Positions 1 through 13,370 of a DNA stretch of 64,000 bases are shown piece by piece; position 1 is the first letter of the stretch, and every line of letters begins with the position of its first letter. The translations under genes and the position numbers were made by a program. Origin of the DNA: the human T2T-CHM13v2.0 reference genome, Homo sapiens; NCBI RefSeq assembly GCF_009914755.1, contig NC_060939.1; one strand, given 5' to 3'. Below the pieces are notes generated by a model. That model worked only from the letters and a program-made list of their open reading frames with translations. It searched no databases and was not told the DNA's origin.

Positions 1-1179
1 GTGGTTGGAGGCACAAGGAGTGGAGCTGCTCACCACGCCAGGCTGGGCTTCACAAGGGCACCACCTACCTGTGTGACCCAAGGCCTCCCCCCAGAGCCAC
101 ACAGGGACCTGTGGGTGACACTCTCAGGTTGCATACACTGCTATTAAGACCCCCAAACAGGAGAAAGCTATGCTCTGTAGCACAGTGTCTGAGTGGGGTC
201 CCCAAAGCAGCAGCACCAACATGACCTGGGCACTTGTTGGAAATGCACATTCTGGAGTCCACCCCAGCCCCCACTGAATCAGAGACCCTGGGTGTGGGCA
301 GGTCATCTGTGTTGAACAGTGCTCCTTCCCCACCCTGCTCCACACCCACCGGAGTATGGGAACCAGCCAGTGCTCTAGCACTATGCTAGTCTTGCTGGTC
401 ACCAGAGAGAGGCTTGTCTCTTCCACATGGTAACTGAGTAAAATTCATGTCATTTTCCCTCCAAACAGAACTTGCCTGGAACAGCTCAGGTTTTTCATTC
501 CACTCCACAGTCGTTAAGGAAGCTAAGAACAACCAAAGCTCTGTTAAACTGCCCCATTTTCCAATTTGGCTGCCCACACCCACGGTTTCTGGTATCAGCA
601 CCACCTGCTTCCATCTGCAATTTGTTCTTTAAAATATTCCTGCTCCCGTGTCACCGCCACCCCAACCAAAGGAGAATCACATGATGTACACACAAAACCA
701 GCACAGCACATCTGGAAAACCCACAACTGCGGGGCCAGAGTGCTGCTGGGCGCCTGGCCCGATGGAGCCTTCGCCCTCTACATGTACCTGCACAGGTGAG
801 CGGTTTGCCAGGGACACAGAGCCAGGAGCCAAACTCCATTCCCCCAGGTAAGGGCAGGCAGAAGCATATTTTAAAACACTAACTGGAGCCCATCCCTCTT
901 CTGCTTAAGCCCGTGCAGCAGCTTCCCACTGCCTGGAATGAGGCTGCTCTCCACACCCTGGCCTCCCCGCCTGCAAGGTCGGCCTGCCCGCTTCTCACTG
1001 TGCCCCCATCACCCTCCCCATCACCCACAAGCAACCAGCTATTTCTGTGCTTCTCCAATGCCAGCCTGACCACCACTGGCTGGTTGCTTATGTTGGCTTA
1101 ACACCTTCCCCTCTAAGGCCACCTCACTCCTCTCAGAGAGGTGGCCCTGATACCTGTCACTGCTGTCCCCTGGTTCTCT

Positions 1180-1365
1180 GCAGGGCACTTACCACGCTCT
1201 GGTTTTCCTTCTCACTGATTTGCATGTTGAATGCTGTCTGTCGTTCCTACTGCATGAGCTCCGGAGGATGAGACCTCCGGTGGTCCCTACTCTATCCCAG
1301 CAGAGGATGCAAGGGTCCCTAGCACACACTAAGTACCCAGTAAATCAATCTGAGTAGAATCAGTC
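1180..1365 (+). mobile_element. L2 3' end fragment
   Basis: cctagcacacactaagtacccagtaaat... resembles the L2 3' terminus. Confidence 0.45.
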
Positions 1366-1374
1366 AATTGTTTT

Positions 1375-1877
1375 TGTATTTCTGGTGAAACAAACAGAAC
1401 ATAAAATTTACCATCTCACCCACTAGTGCACAACCGTGTACTTACCTGTAGTGTTAATTACGTTCACGTTATTGTACAATTAACCTCCAGGACTCTTTTC
1501 ATCCTCCAATACCGAAGCTCTATACTCACGAAACACTAACTCCCCCTGCCCCCCACCCAACCCCCAGTCTACTTTGTTTCTATGACTTGGACACTGCAGT
1601 TACCTCATGTAAGCAGAGTCATTTAGCACTTGTGTTTTTGTGTCACTTGGCATACTGTCCTCAAAGTTCATCCATGCTGTGGCGTGTGTGGGAATTTCCT
1701 TCCTTTTTAAGGCTGGATAATATTCCATTGTATGGACACCCCACGTTTTGTTTATCTGCCCATCTGCCAATGGACACCTTGGCTGTTTTTGCCATCGTTC
1801 GGCCATTGTGAGTAATGCTGCTGTGAACACGGGTGTACAGATACCTCTTCCAGGCTCTGCTTTTAATTCATTTCTTT
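1375..1877 (-). mobile_element. Old L1 (L1MB-like) 3' fragment; resumes at ~3713-3760
   Basis: aaatttaccatc..., ttttaaggctggataatattccattgtatg and gctgtgaacac motifs of the L1M 3' UTR. Confidence 0.75.
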
Positions 1878-3712
1878 TTTTATTTTCGTGGTAAGTCTAA
1901 ATGAATATATATTTATAATGTCAACATTTACTTTAGATTCAGGGGTATGTGTGCAGGTTGGTTACGTGAGTATATTGCGTGATGCTGAAGTTTGGGATAC
2001 GAATCACCCCATCACCCAGGTACTGAGCATAGTACCCAGAGGTAGTTCCTCAGCCCTTGCCCCCCTCCCTGTCTCCCTTCTCTAGTAGTCCGCAGTGTCT
2101 GCTGCCACCTTTTAAAAAATTTTATTTCTAATTTTTGTGGGTTCATAGTAGGTGTATACATTTATGGGGTACATGAAATATTTTGATACAGGCATACAAT
2201 GCATAATTATCACATCAGGGTAAACAGAGTACCTATCACCTTAAGCATTTATCCTTTGTCTTACAGACAATCCATTTACACTTTTAGTTATTTTAAAATA
2301 TACAATTACTGACTATAGTCACCCTGTTGTGCTATCAAATACTGTATCTTATCCATTTTTGTAACTATTTTATTGTAGCCATCTTTATATCCACATGTAC
2401 CCAGTGTTTAGCTCCCACTTATGAGTGAGAATATGCAGCATTTGGTTTTCTGATCCCGCATTAATTCACTTAGGATAATGGCCTTTAGCTGTATCCATGT
2501 TGCTGCAAAGGACGTGAGTTGTTCTTTTTTTACAGCTGTGTAGTATTCTATGGTGTATATGTACCACATTTTCTTTTATCTAGTTTACCACTGATGGGCA
2601 TCTAGGTTGATTCCATGTCTTTGCTATTGTGAACGGTGCTGTAATGAACATATGCATGCATGTGTTTTTATGGCAGAATGATCTATACGCCTTTGGGTGT
2701 ATACTCAGTAATGGGATTGCTGGGTCAAAGGGTAGTTCTGTCTTGAGTTCTCTGAGAAATCTCCAAACTGCCCTGCACAGTGACTGAACTAATTTACCTT
2801 CCCACCAACAGCGTATGAGCATTTTTCTCTGCACCTTGCCAGCATCTGTTATTTTTCTGACTTTTTAATAATGACCATTCTCACTGGTGTGAGATGGTAT
2901 CTTGTGGTATTGATTTGCGTTGCTCTGATGATTGCTGATGTGGAGCATCTTTTCACATGTTTGTTGGCCGTGTGTATGTCTTCTTTTGAGAAGTGTCAGT
3001 TCATGTTTTTTGCACACTTTTTAATGGGGTTGCTTTTGCACTGTTTAAATTCCTTATAGATTCTGGATGTTAGACCTTTGTCAGATAGTTTGCAAATATT
3101 TTCTCCCATCCTGTAGCTTGTATTCTTATTAAACTACCAACATCATTTTCACAGAATTAGAAAAAACTATTCTAAACTTCATATATAACCAAAAAAGAGG
3201 CAGAACAGCCAAAGTAATCCTAAGCAAAAATAATAAAGCCAGAAGTATCACATTACCTGACTTCAAACTATACTAGAAGGTTACAGTAACCAAAAAACAT
3301 AGCACTTATACAAAAACAAGACACACAGACCAATGGAACAGAAACAGGAACCCAGAAATAATGCCACATACCTACAACCATCTAATCTTTGACAAAGTTA
3401 ACAAAAATAAGCAATAGGGAAAAGACTCCCCACTCAATAAATGGTGCTGGGATAGCTAGCTATATGCAGAAGAATGAAACTGGACCCCTATTTTTCACCA
3501 TATACAAAAATGAACTCAAGATGGATTAAAGATTAAATGCGAGTCCTCAAACTATAAAAACCTTAAAAGAAAACATCGGAAATACCTTTCTGGACAGCAG
3601 CCTTGGTAAAGGATTCATGACTAAGTCCTAAAAGCAATTGTAACAAAAACAAAAATTGACAAGTGAGATCTATTAAACTAAAGAGCTTCCGTACAGCAAA
3701 AGAAACTATCAG
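1878..3712 (-). mobile_element. L1PB-like insertion with inverted 5' segment (3127-3712 on +)
   Basis: 3' UTR/ORF2 end on minus 1920-3121; ORF2 segment on plus 3127-3712; TSD ttcatttcttt at 1867-1877 and 3713-3723. Confidence 0.8.
2111..2372 (-). mobile_element. L1MA-like 3' end nested in the L1PB-like element
   Basis: tttttgtgggttcatagtaggtgtatacatttatggggtacatg L1MA terminus; flanked by gccaccttt/gccatcttt. Confidence 0.7.
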
Positions 3713-4496
3713 TTCATTTCTTTATGTACCCAGGAGTAGAGGTGTTGGGTCATATGTCATATGAGTAAGCTTCTTTTATACTCTAGCCTCTGTGGTAACT
3801 AGACACATTGCTGGGATTTTGATTGATTGACTGATCTTTAATTTTTACTTTTTTAGGGGCCAAACAGCATCTATTGCTGTATTCATTGAGGAAAACTGCT
3901 CCCAGGAGGTGAGCTCTAGAGAATGGCAAGGACCGTCTTCCCACCATTGAAACCTCAGTGGATAGAGACTCACTCTGCCCGCCCTCGCAGCCCCAGAGCA
4001 GTCCTGTTCCCTGGATTCCCTTCGGGGCTCTGATTCCTGGAGGAGGGACAGTAGACAGTCAGGAGATGTTCTCGGGACAGAGAAGCGGCAGCAGGAATCC
4101 AGCCTGAGAGGTCAAGCCTGCATGACCAGCCCTCACTCCTCACCTGACCTTAGCCTTCATCTCTCCTGCTTCCTGGCCTCCCAAGTTCCCTCCAAACTTT
4201 CCCCAAACTCTGAGCTTGGAGACTCGGTCTTCATTTTGATTCTGGATGCCTCCCTCTATACCTCCAAAACTGGGATTCCTTTTCTACTTCAGCCAGCCCA
4301 GATCCAGCCCCTGTTGCTTGTAATCAAAATCCCCAACCAATACAAGAAGGGCCAAATGCATTGCTCTAGGGTTTACAAGACTCCTTTCTTCCTTGTTCAA
4401 AAATGAGACCACTTTGCGTGACGCCAGTTTTCTCTGGGACCTCTTCCAGGCTTCATAAGCTCTTAAAAACGGCCAAGGTGGATCTGCTCTGACTGC

Positions 4497-4600
4497 AGCC
4501 ATTTCTTCTGTGACTCTGGAGCCATTTCTTCTGTGACTCTGAAGCCATTTCTTCTGTGGCTCTGGAGCCATTTCTTCTGTGACTCTGGAGCCATTTCTTC
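4497..4600. repeat. 23-bp tandem repeat, ~4.5 copies
   Basis: Unit agccatttcttctgtgactctgg at 4497, 4520, 4543, 4566 and 4589. Confidence 0.95.
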
Positions 4601-4964
4601 AATAGGGTGTGGATGAGAAGCCATTTGTAGCCGCCAGGCATTCTTTCTTGGTGCAGTTATTCTTTTTAACCATGCTTGTTTTATCTTCTCCATCTTGTAC
4701 CACCCTCGGTAAAAGACAAGACCTAGAGGAGATGGCCCATAGTTCAGCAGCCTACCTCAGGGGCTGTGTAGGAAGTGTAAGTGTATTATTATATTTATGC
4801 ATAAACACTTTCAAACAGAGTTTAATACACCATATCCGTGGGATGTGCTTAGAATACAAAAGGCTCTCCAGAAGCAAATTTGCCTAGGAATTAAAAAAGT
4901 AAAGCCAGTGTTTGTTTCTGTGACTTCAGCACTGAATCCTTCGCAAAGGATGCTGGTATATGGC

Positions 4965-5100
4965 ATCAGTCATTCATTTATGCATTCACTGACTACACAA
5001 ATATTTCTGGATCATCTCCTGCATGCGTACCAGGCACTGACAAAATGTTGATGGTGTAGACATAGTCCTACCTTGATGAGCTTATGGATACTGAAAAGGC
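4965..5100 (-). mobile_element. L2 3' end; appears to continue at ~10030-10560 after the L1 insertion
   Basis: cattcatttatgcattcact...caaatattt...ccaggcact. Confidence 0.55.
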
Positions 5101-5136
5101 AGGTGATATGTAGGATGTTTTTAAAAATTGTGGTAA

Positions 5137-5468
<332 letters not shown>

Positions 5469-7305
5469 CATTTTAAACATTTTTAAGCTTACAATTAAGT
5501 GGCATTAAATATATTCACACTGTTATACACTATCACTACTACCTATCCCCAAAACTTTCTTCATCTTGTAAAGCTGAAACTCTGTACCCATTAGACAACT
5601 CTTCATTCCCTCCTCCCTCTCAGCCATCTGGCCAGCGCTATTCGACTTTCCGTCTCTGTGAATTCACTACCCTACGTAAGTGGAATCACAGTATTTGTTC
5701 TTTGGTGACTGGCTTATTTCACGTAGCATAATGTCTTCACGGCTCATCTATGTTACAGCATGTGTCAGAATTGTTTTCCTTTTTAAGGCTGAATAATATT
5801 CCATTATACCTATACGCTATATTTATTTACCTACTCATCCATCTGTGGACACTTTGGGTTGCTTCCACCATTTAGTTATGGTGAATAATCCTGCTATGAA
5901 CATTGGTGTATAAATATCTGTTCTTGTCCCTGCTTTGGGATAAACATTTTTGGGTGTTTACTCAAAAGTGAAATTGCTAGATCATATGGTAATTCTGTTT
6001 CATTGAGGAATCATACCATTTTCTATATATTCCCACTAATAATGTACAAAATTTCCCATTTTTCCACATCATTGTCAACACTTCTGTTTTGTTTTGGTGT
6101 TTTATTTTTTTGTTTTATAATAGCCATGGGAATGGATGTGAAGTGGTACTTTATTATAGTTTTAATTTCCATTTCCCTGATGATTGATGCCAAGTATCTT
6201 TCCATGTACTTATTGGCTATTTGTACATCTTCTTCGTAAAAATGTCTAAGTCCTTTCCCATTTTTTAAATTGAATTGCTTTTTTTTTCCTTCCTGGGTTT
6301 TAGAAGCTTTCTATATATTCTGGATATTATAAAATATTTGATTTGCAAATATTTCCTCCTATTCCGTGGGTTGCCATTTTACTTTGTTGATAGTATCCTT
6401 TGAGGCACAAGAGTTTTTAATCTTGATGAATTCCAATTTGTCTATTTTTCCTTTTGCTGCCTGTGCTTTTGGTGTTGTATCCAAGAAATCACTGCCAAAT
6501 CAAATCTCACAAAACTTTTCCGTTTTTTCTTCTAAGAGTTTTACCTCTTCTGTTTAGGACTTTGATCCATTTTGAGTTAATTTTTGTATGTTAGGTAAGG
6601 ATCCAACATTGTTCTTTTGCATACAGATACCCAGCTTTCCCAGCACCAGTTCTTGAAAAGACTGTCACTTCTCTATTGAAGGTCTCGGCATCCTTACCAA
6701 AAATTATTTGACCATATATATGAGTGTTAATTGCTGAGCTCTACTTCATTTTACTGATCTTTGGGTTTGTCTTTATGTCAGTAAAGTGTTTTGATTATTA
6801 CAGCTTTTGAGTAAATTTTGAAATGAAGAAGTGTGAGTCTTACTGTGTTCTTTTGTTCAAGATGGTTTTGGTTATTCAATGTCCTTTGAGATTTCATATT
6901 AATTTTAGAATGGATTTCTCTATCTCTGCAAAAAAGTCATTGGGATTTTGATAGAAATTGCATTGAATCTGTAAACTGCTTTGGATAACATTGATATCTT
7001 AACAATAAGTCTTCCACTCCATGAACATGATGGCTTTCCATTTATGTCTTCTTTAATTTCCTTCATTGATGTTTTACAGCTTTCCATGTAAAACTCTATC
7101 CCTTATTTGGTTAATTCCTAAGTATTTTATTCTTTTTGATGCTGCTGAAGACAGAACTGTTTTCTTAATTTTCCTTTCAGATTATTGTTAGCATATAGAA
7201 ATGCAACTGATTTTTGTGGTTGGTTTAGTACGTGGCTACTTTGCAAAGAATTTATTAGCATTCTCTCTGTCTCTCTCTCTGTGTGTGTAAGATTTAGGGT
7301 TTTCT

Positions 7306-7637
<332 letters not shown>

Positions 7638-10599
7638 CTACATGTAATAAATATGTCATCTGTGAACAGAGATCATTTTACTACTTCTTTTCTTATTTGG
7701 AGGCCTTCAATTTCTTTTTCTTGCCTAACTGCTCTAGCTAGAACTTCCAGTGTTATGTTGAACAGAAGTAGCAAAAGCAGGCACTCTTGCCTTGTTCCAG
7801 ATTTTAAAGAAAAAGCTTTCAGTCTTTCACCACGGAGTGCAATATTAGCTGTGAGTTTTTCATATATGACCTTTATAATGTTGAGGTAGTTTCCTTCTAT
7901 TCCTAGTCTATTGAGTGCTTTTATCATGAAAGGCTGCTCAATTTTATCAAATTCTTTTCCTGTATAAATTGGGATGATCATTTTTTCTTTTCATTTTGTT
8001 AATCAAGTATATCACTTTTTTTATTGATTTGCCTATGTTGAGCCATCCTTGCATTCCAGGAATAAAGCCCACTTGATCATGATGTATAATCATTTTAATA
8101 TGCTATTGAATTTGGTTTCCTAGTATTTTATTGAGGACTTTTACGTCAATGAATATTTGAACTATTGTTTTCTTATTTATAAGGGACTGTAGTTTTGTTT
8201 CTTTTCTTTGGCTTTGTTATCAGGGAATGCCAGTCTCACAGAATGAGTTAGGAAGTGTTCTCTCCTCTTCAGCTTTTTTGGAAGAATTTGAGGAGGACTA
8301 GTGTTAGCTCTCCTTTAAATGTTTGGTATAGTTTACCAATGAAGTCATAATGTCCAGGGCTATTCTTTATTAGGAGGTTTTTGATTACTGATTCAGTTAC
8401 CTTACTAATTATGACTCTTCAAATTTTCTATTTCTTTGTGATTAAGTGTTGGTAGATTTTGTGTGTCTAGGAATTTGTCCACTTCATCTAGGTTATCCAT
8501 TTGTTAACATGCAATGGTCCATAGTACTCTCTTATAATCCTTTTTATTTCTGTAGAATGGGTCGTAATGTCCCTGTTTTCATTTGTGTTATTAGTAATTT
8601 GAGGCTTTTTTATCAGTCGATCTAGCTAAGGTTTGTCAATTTTCTTAATCTTTCCAAAGAACTAACTCTTGGTTTCATTGGCTCTATTGTTTTTCTGTCC
8701 TTTTCTCTCTGCTTTAATCCATAGCAATCCAAAGCTAAATTCAAAGCTAGCAGAAGGAATAAAATAGCTTGTTCTTCTTCTAGTTCCTTAAGTTGTAAAG
8801 TCAGATTGTTTGAGATTTTTCTTTTTAAGTGTTTACCGCTATACATGCTATACATTTCCCCCTAAGCAGTGCTTTGTCCTTGTCCCATAAGTTTTGACAT
8901 GTGTTTTTGTTTTCATTTATCTCTAAGTATTTTCCAATGTCACTTGTGATTTCTTCTTTGACTCTTTGGTTATTTAATAGTATGTGGTTTAATTTCTACA
9001 AATTTGTGAATTTTCCAGTTTTCCTTCTGTTACTGATTTCTAACTTCACCCCATTGTTGTCAGTGATGGTACTTTGTATAATATCAACCTTTTCAATCTG
9101 TTGAGACTTAATTTGTGACCTAACACATGGTCTATCCTGCAGAATGTCCCATGTTCCCTTGAGGAAAAAAAAGTCTTCCATTGTTGTTGGGTAGAGTGTT
9201 CTGTGTATGTCTGCTAGATCCAGTTGACTTATTGTGTTAAGTCTTCTATTTCCTTTTCTTCTGTCTGGTTGTTCTATCTACTAATGAGAGTGGGGATTGA
9301 AATCTCCAACTATTATTGTACAACTGTGTATTTCTCTCAGTTCTATCAATTTTATTTCATATATTTTGATGATCTGTTATCAGATGTGTAAATATTTATA
9401 ACTGTTATATCTTCTTATATATTGGAACTTTTATTAATATATAACATCCCCTTTGCCTCTTGTAAGCTTTTTGATTTAAAGTGTCTGTTGTGTGATGTTA
9501 GTATAGCTACTCCTGCTCTCTTTTGGTTACAATTAGCATGGAATTTCTTTTTCTATCCTTTCACTTTCAACCTCTGTGTCTGATCTACAGTAAGTCTCTT
9601 ATAGACCGCATATAGTTGGATCTATGATTTAAAAAACAAATTCATTCTGCCATCAATTTCTGTCTTTGATTGAAGTTTAATTAATTTACACTTCAAGTAA
9701 TTACTGATAAGGAGGGACTTACTTTTCCATTTTGTTATTTGTTTCCTATATGGCTTGTAATAGCTTTGGTTCCTCATTTCCTGCATTACTGACTTCTTTT
9801 GTGTTTAGCTGATTTGATTTTCTTTTATATGTATACATATATTTTTTTTTGGTAGTGAAACTTTTAATTCCCTTTTCATTTGCTTTTGTATGTATTCTCT
9901 AGTTATTTTCTTTGGGGTTACTGTGGGGATTATATTTAATTAGGATTAAAGTTATAACACTCTAATCTGACTTTACACCAGCTTAACTTCAGTGGCATTA
10001 AAAACCTCAGCAGAATGGTTTTTTGAAAGCAAATAAATATGGAATTGTAAATTCAGATGAGGACTACCCAGGAAAGAGCAGGCTTTTATGTTGAGGAAAA
10101 CAGGGTGGGCCTCATCAGAGGGATCAGCAAAGAGGGACCCTCTGAGGGGACATTTGCACAGAGTCCTAAAAGGCAGAGGAACTCGTTCCACAAGGCACGT
10201 AAGCAGAGCATTCCTGACAAAGACAGTAAGTCAAGTTCGGGCTGCCTAGTGAAAGTCAGTGTTGATGGCAAAAAGAATGGAAAAGCAGATGGGTCCTGGC
10301 CACACAGGCTGGAGGGCCACATGAAAGGCAGGGGGTGGGGGGCCTTCCCCATCCAATGCAAGGGGAAGCCACAGAGGAGCCCAATGCTGCCTAGTGACAA
10401 AGTTCCAATTCTGCAGGAAGAGGATCTTGCTGGTTATTCTGTAGCAAGGATTCAAGGGGGAAGAAAATGGAAGTGAGAAGCCTGGCAAAGAAGCTCCAGC
10501 AGCTGTCAAGGCCAGAAATAATGGCAGTCAGTCCAGGGTGGAGACACAAAGAAAGGATGGGTTCCAGACATGCCTGTCACCTTCAACAAGGTGACATGG

Positions 10600-10790
10600 G
10601 GTCCCTCAGTCCCGGACTGGAGTCCTTGCCCTACTGTGTACTCACAGGCTCTGCACCCTGGCTGTGTCACGTCCCCAAGCCTCCATTTCCTTCTCTGTAA
10701 AATGGGAATGACGAAATCCACCAGGTATGAGAAGGCAGTAAGGTGGAAGCACTTTGCCATCTGGAACAGCTGGTGCATCATAAGCAGTCA
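10600..10790 (+). mobile_element. MIR fragment
   Basis: ctggctgtgtcac...aagcctccatttccttctctgtaaaatggg core. Confidence 0.7.
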
Positions 10791-11025
10791 CATCTTCCCT
10801 TGGGGCCAGTGGCTGACGCTAATCTAATACATCAAAACCATGAGATGCTATGAAACCCGGAGCAAACGCTTGATGCCAAATTCTCCCAGCTTTGGCCATG
10901 CTATCAGCTCTCTGAGGCACTGTTAGGCCCCAGTCTGCCCTGGGGACAGGGTACTGTCTGGGTTATGCCTTGGCAGGCAGGTCAGCACACATGGGCGGGC
11001 CAGGCCTCTGACCACAGAGACCTAA

Positions 11026-11568
11026 GTGGGAGGGTGGGAGGGAGTAGGTGCCTGGTGGGAGGGAGTGGGTGCCTGGTGGGAGGGTGGGAGGGAGGGAGTG
11101 GGTGCCTGGTGGGAGGGTAGGAGGGAGGGAGTGGGTGCCTGGTGGGAGGGTAGGAGGGAGGGAGTGGGTGCCTGGTGGGAGGGTAGGAGGGAGGGAGTGG
11201 GTGCCTGGTGGGAGGGTGGGAGGGAGTGGGTGCCTGGTGGGAGGGTGGGAGGGAGTGGGTGCCTGGTGGGAAGGTGGGAGGGTGTGGGTACCTGGTGGGA
11301 GGGTGGGAGGGAGTGGGTGCCTGGTGGGAGGGTGGAAGGGAGTGGGTGCCTGGTGGGAGGGTGGGAGGGTGTGGGTGCCTGGTGGGAGGGAGTGGGTGCC
11401 TGGTGGGAGAGTGGGAGGGAGTGGGTGCCTGGTGGGAGGGTGGGAGGGTGTGGGTGCCTGGTGGGAGGGTGGGAGGGGGTGGGTGCCTGGTGGGAGGGAG
11501 TGGGTGCCTGGTGGGAGGGTGGGAGGGAGTGGGTGCCTGGTGGGAGGGTGGGAGGGAGTGGGTGCCTG
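11026..11568. repeat. G-rich minisatellite, ~19 units of 20-33 bp (core gggagggagtgggtgcctggt)
   Basis: Directly visible tandem array. Confidence 0.97.
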
Positions 11569-12794
11569 GCCATCAGCACGAATCATGCTATTTCCCACAA
11601 CTCGGAGAGAAATGTGTTGGAATGAAGGTGGCAACCAACTCTAGCAGATTTCCTTCCAAATCTGGAGGGCTTAAGGAGACAGAGCCACTCCCATCCCACA
11701 GCCCCACAGAAAACATGCTCTGGAGGGAAACAGATGGGCTCGCTGGCATCACGTTCTGCTCTATGTTCCAGGGGGCTTGTCTAATGACAGCCCAGCCACA
11801 ATCCTTTCCCGTCCTCCCGGCTTAAAGGTTATCTCACTTGCTAACGGAAAGCCCTTTTCTAAAACAGCCGCAGGCAGGAAAGAACTCTTTGGATTTCCTA
11901 AACTAGGATTTGAGGGATTGAGAAAGGGGGGTGCTGGTGGAGGTGGTCTTGTTTAAACAAGGTGTCATCTCTGAACGGAACTTGTTTTTCAATTTACTTA
12001 ATGGTGGTCCAGGGCTAGAGCGGCAAGAAAGGGCTGCTGCGGTGTGAGCCCCCCTGTGCAAGGGGGCTGACGACTCTGCTTCCATTCGCCTTCTGGCTTG
12101 GATCAAAAGGCCCCGGAAACCCCAAGTATAGACGACAGAAGGGCTCAGAGTCATCGCACCCAGCCCTTCTCACAGTGGGATCACCCTTATTAGGCAGGCC
12201 TCCTCAGGAAACATCTCAATCCAAACTTCACGTGTTAGCCCCGGGTCTGCCCTCAGCCCCGGGCTCTTGAGCCACCAGTGTCTTAGTACAAGCAGCTGAA
12301 GAGGGGTGCAGGGTGTTTAATCAAAGGCAAAAAACAGAGCCCTTCAGTCTTTACGGCCCATGAGGGGTGCAGGGTGGGAGTGTCTGTCTCCATGTACCAA
12401 CCCCATTCCCTTCCCACTCCCTGCCTGGGATCAAACAGCCACCCCTGCCTGGATGATAAATTATGAAAGCAAATATCAAAGTCGAAGCTCTGCCTTATTA
12501 CTACCTTAGCTGTTGTAATGAATGTTTATTCCTTGCACTTGTGCCCTGGATAATTAAAAAAAGAGAGAGAGATAAAATAATCTGCAGATGAAAACATCTG
12601 GTGCAGAGCCAAGCCCCTCCAGCCCTCCTCTCAGGCGTGCTCCGGGCAGACTGCAGCAATGCAGCCCGTCATTAACCGGCCACCGGGGAGACGTGGGTTT
12701 GTGCACACGAGGAACACGGAACTATTTCTCAGAAATGAGCATCATCAAAAGTTAACACTGAACTATTTCTGAGAGCTGAGCACCATCAAAAGTT

Positions 12795-13370
12795 AAGCAA
12801 TTCCATTTCCAGGTGTATGCCCAAAAGAATTGAAAGCAGGGACTTGAACAGAGATTTGCACACCCACGTTCATAGCAACATTATTCACAGTAGCAAAAGG
12901 TAGAAACAACCCAGGCATATGCTGACAGACGAATGGAAAAGAAAAAGGTGATGCACGTACGTGCAATGGGATACTACTCATCCTTAAAAAGGAAAGCCAT
13001 CCTGACACATGTCACAACATGAATGAACTCTGTGGACATTATGGTGACTGAAATAAGCCATTTGTCCACAAAAGGATAAATACTGCATGATTCCACTTAT
13101 ATGAGGTATCTAGAGTCATCAGATTCACACAGATAGAAAGTAGAATGGAGGTTGGCAGGGGCTGGGGGAGAGGGAAAGGGGGAAGATAGTGTTTAATGGG
13201 CAGGAAGTTTCCATTTTGTGGACAGTGAAAAAGTTCTGGAGGTGGATGGTGGTGGTGGTTGCATTAACAAGGTGAATGTGCTTTAGGCCACTGAGCTGGT
13301 CCACATAAAAATGGTTCAGACGGTGAATTTCGTATTACATATGCATTCTACCACAATAAAAAAAAAAAAA
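12795..13370 (+). mobile_element. L1MB-like 3' end with poly(A)
   Basis: agcaattccatttccaggtgtatgccc...aaaatggt...aataaaaaaaa. Confidence 0.85.

Noticed and set aside
790-855. Plus-strand donor-like motifs caggtgag and caggtaag
   Set aside because: Isolated motifs with no transcript-level support from the sequence
10963-11825. Five ~200-aa ORFs
   Set aside because: Low-complexity translations of the stop-poor G-rich minisatellite
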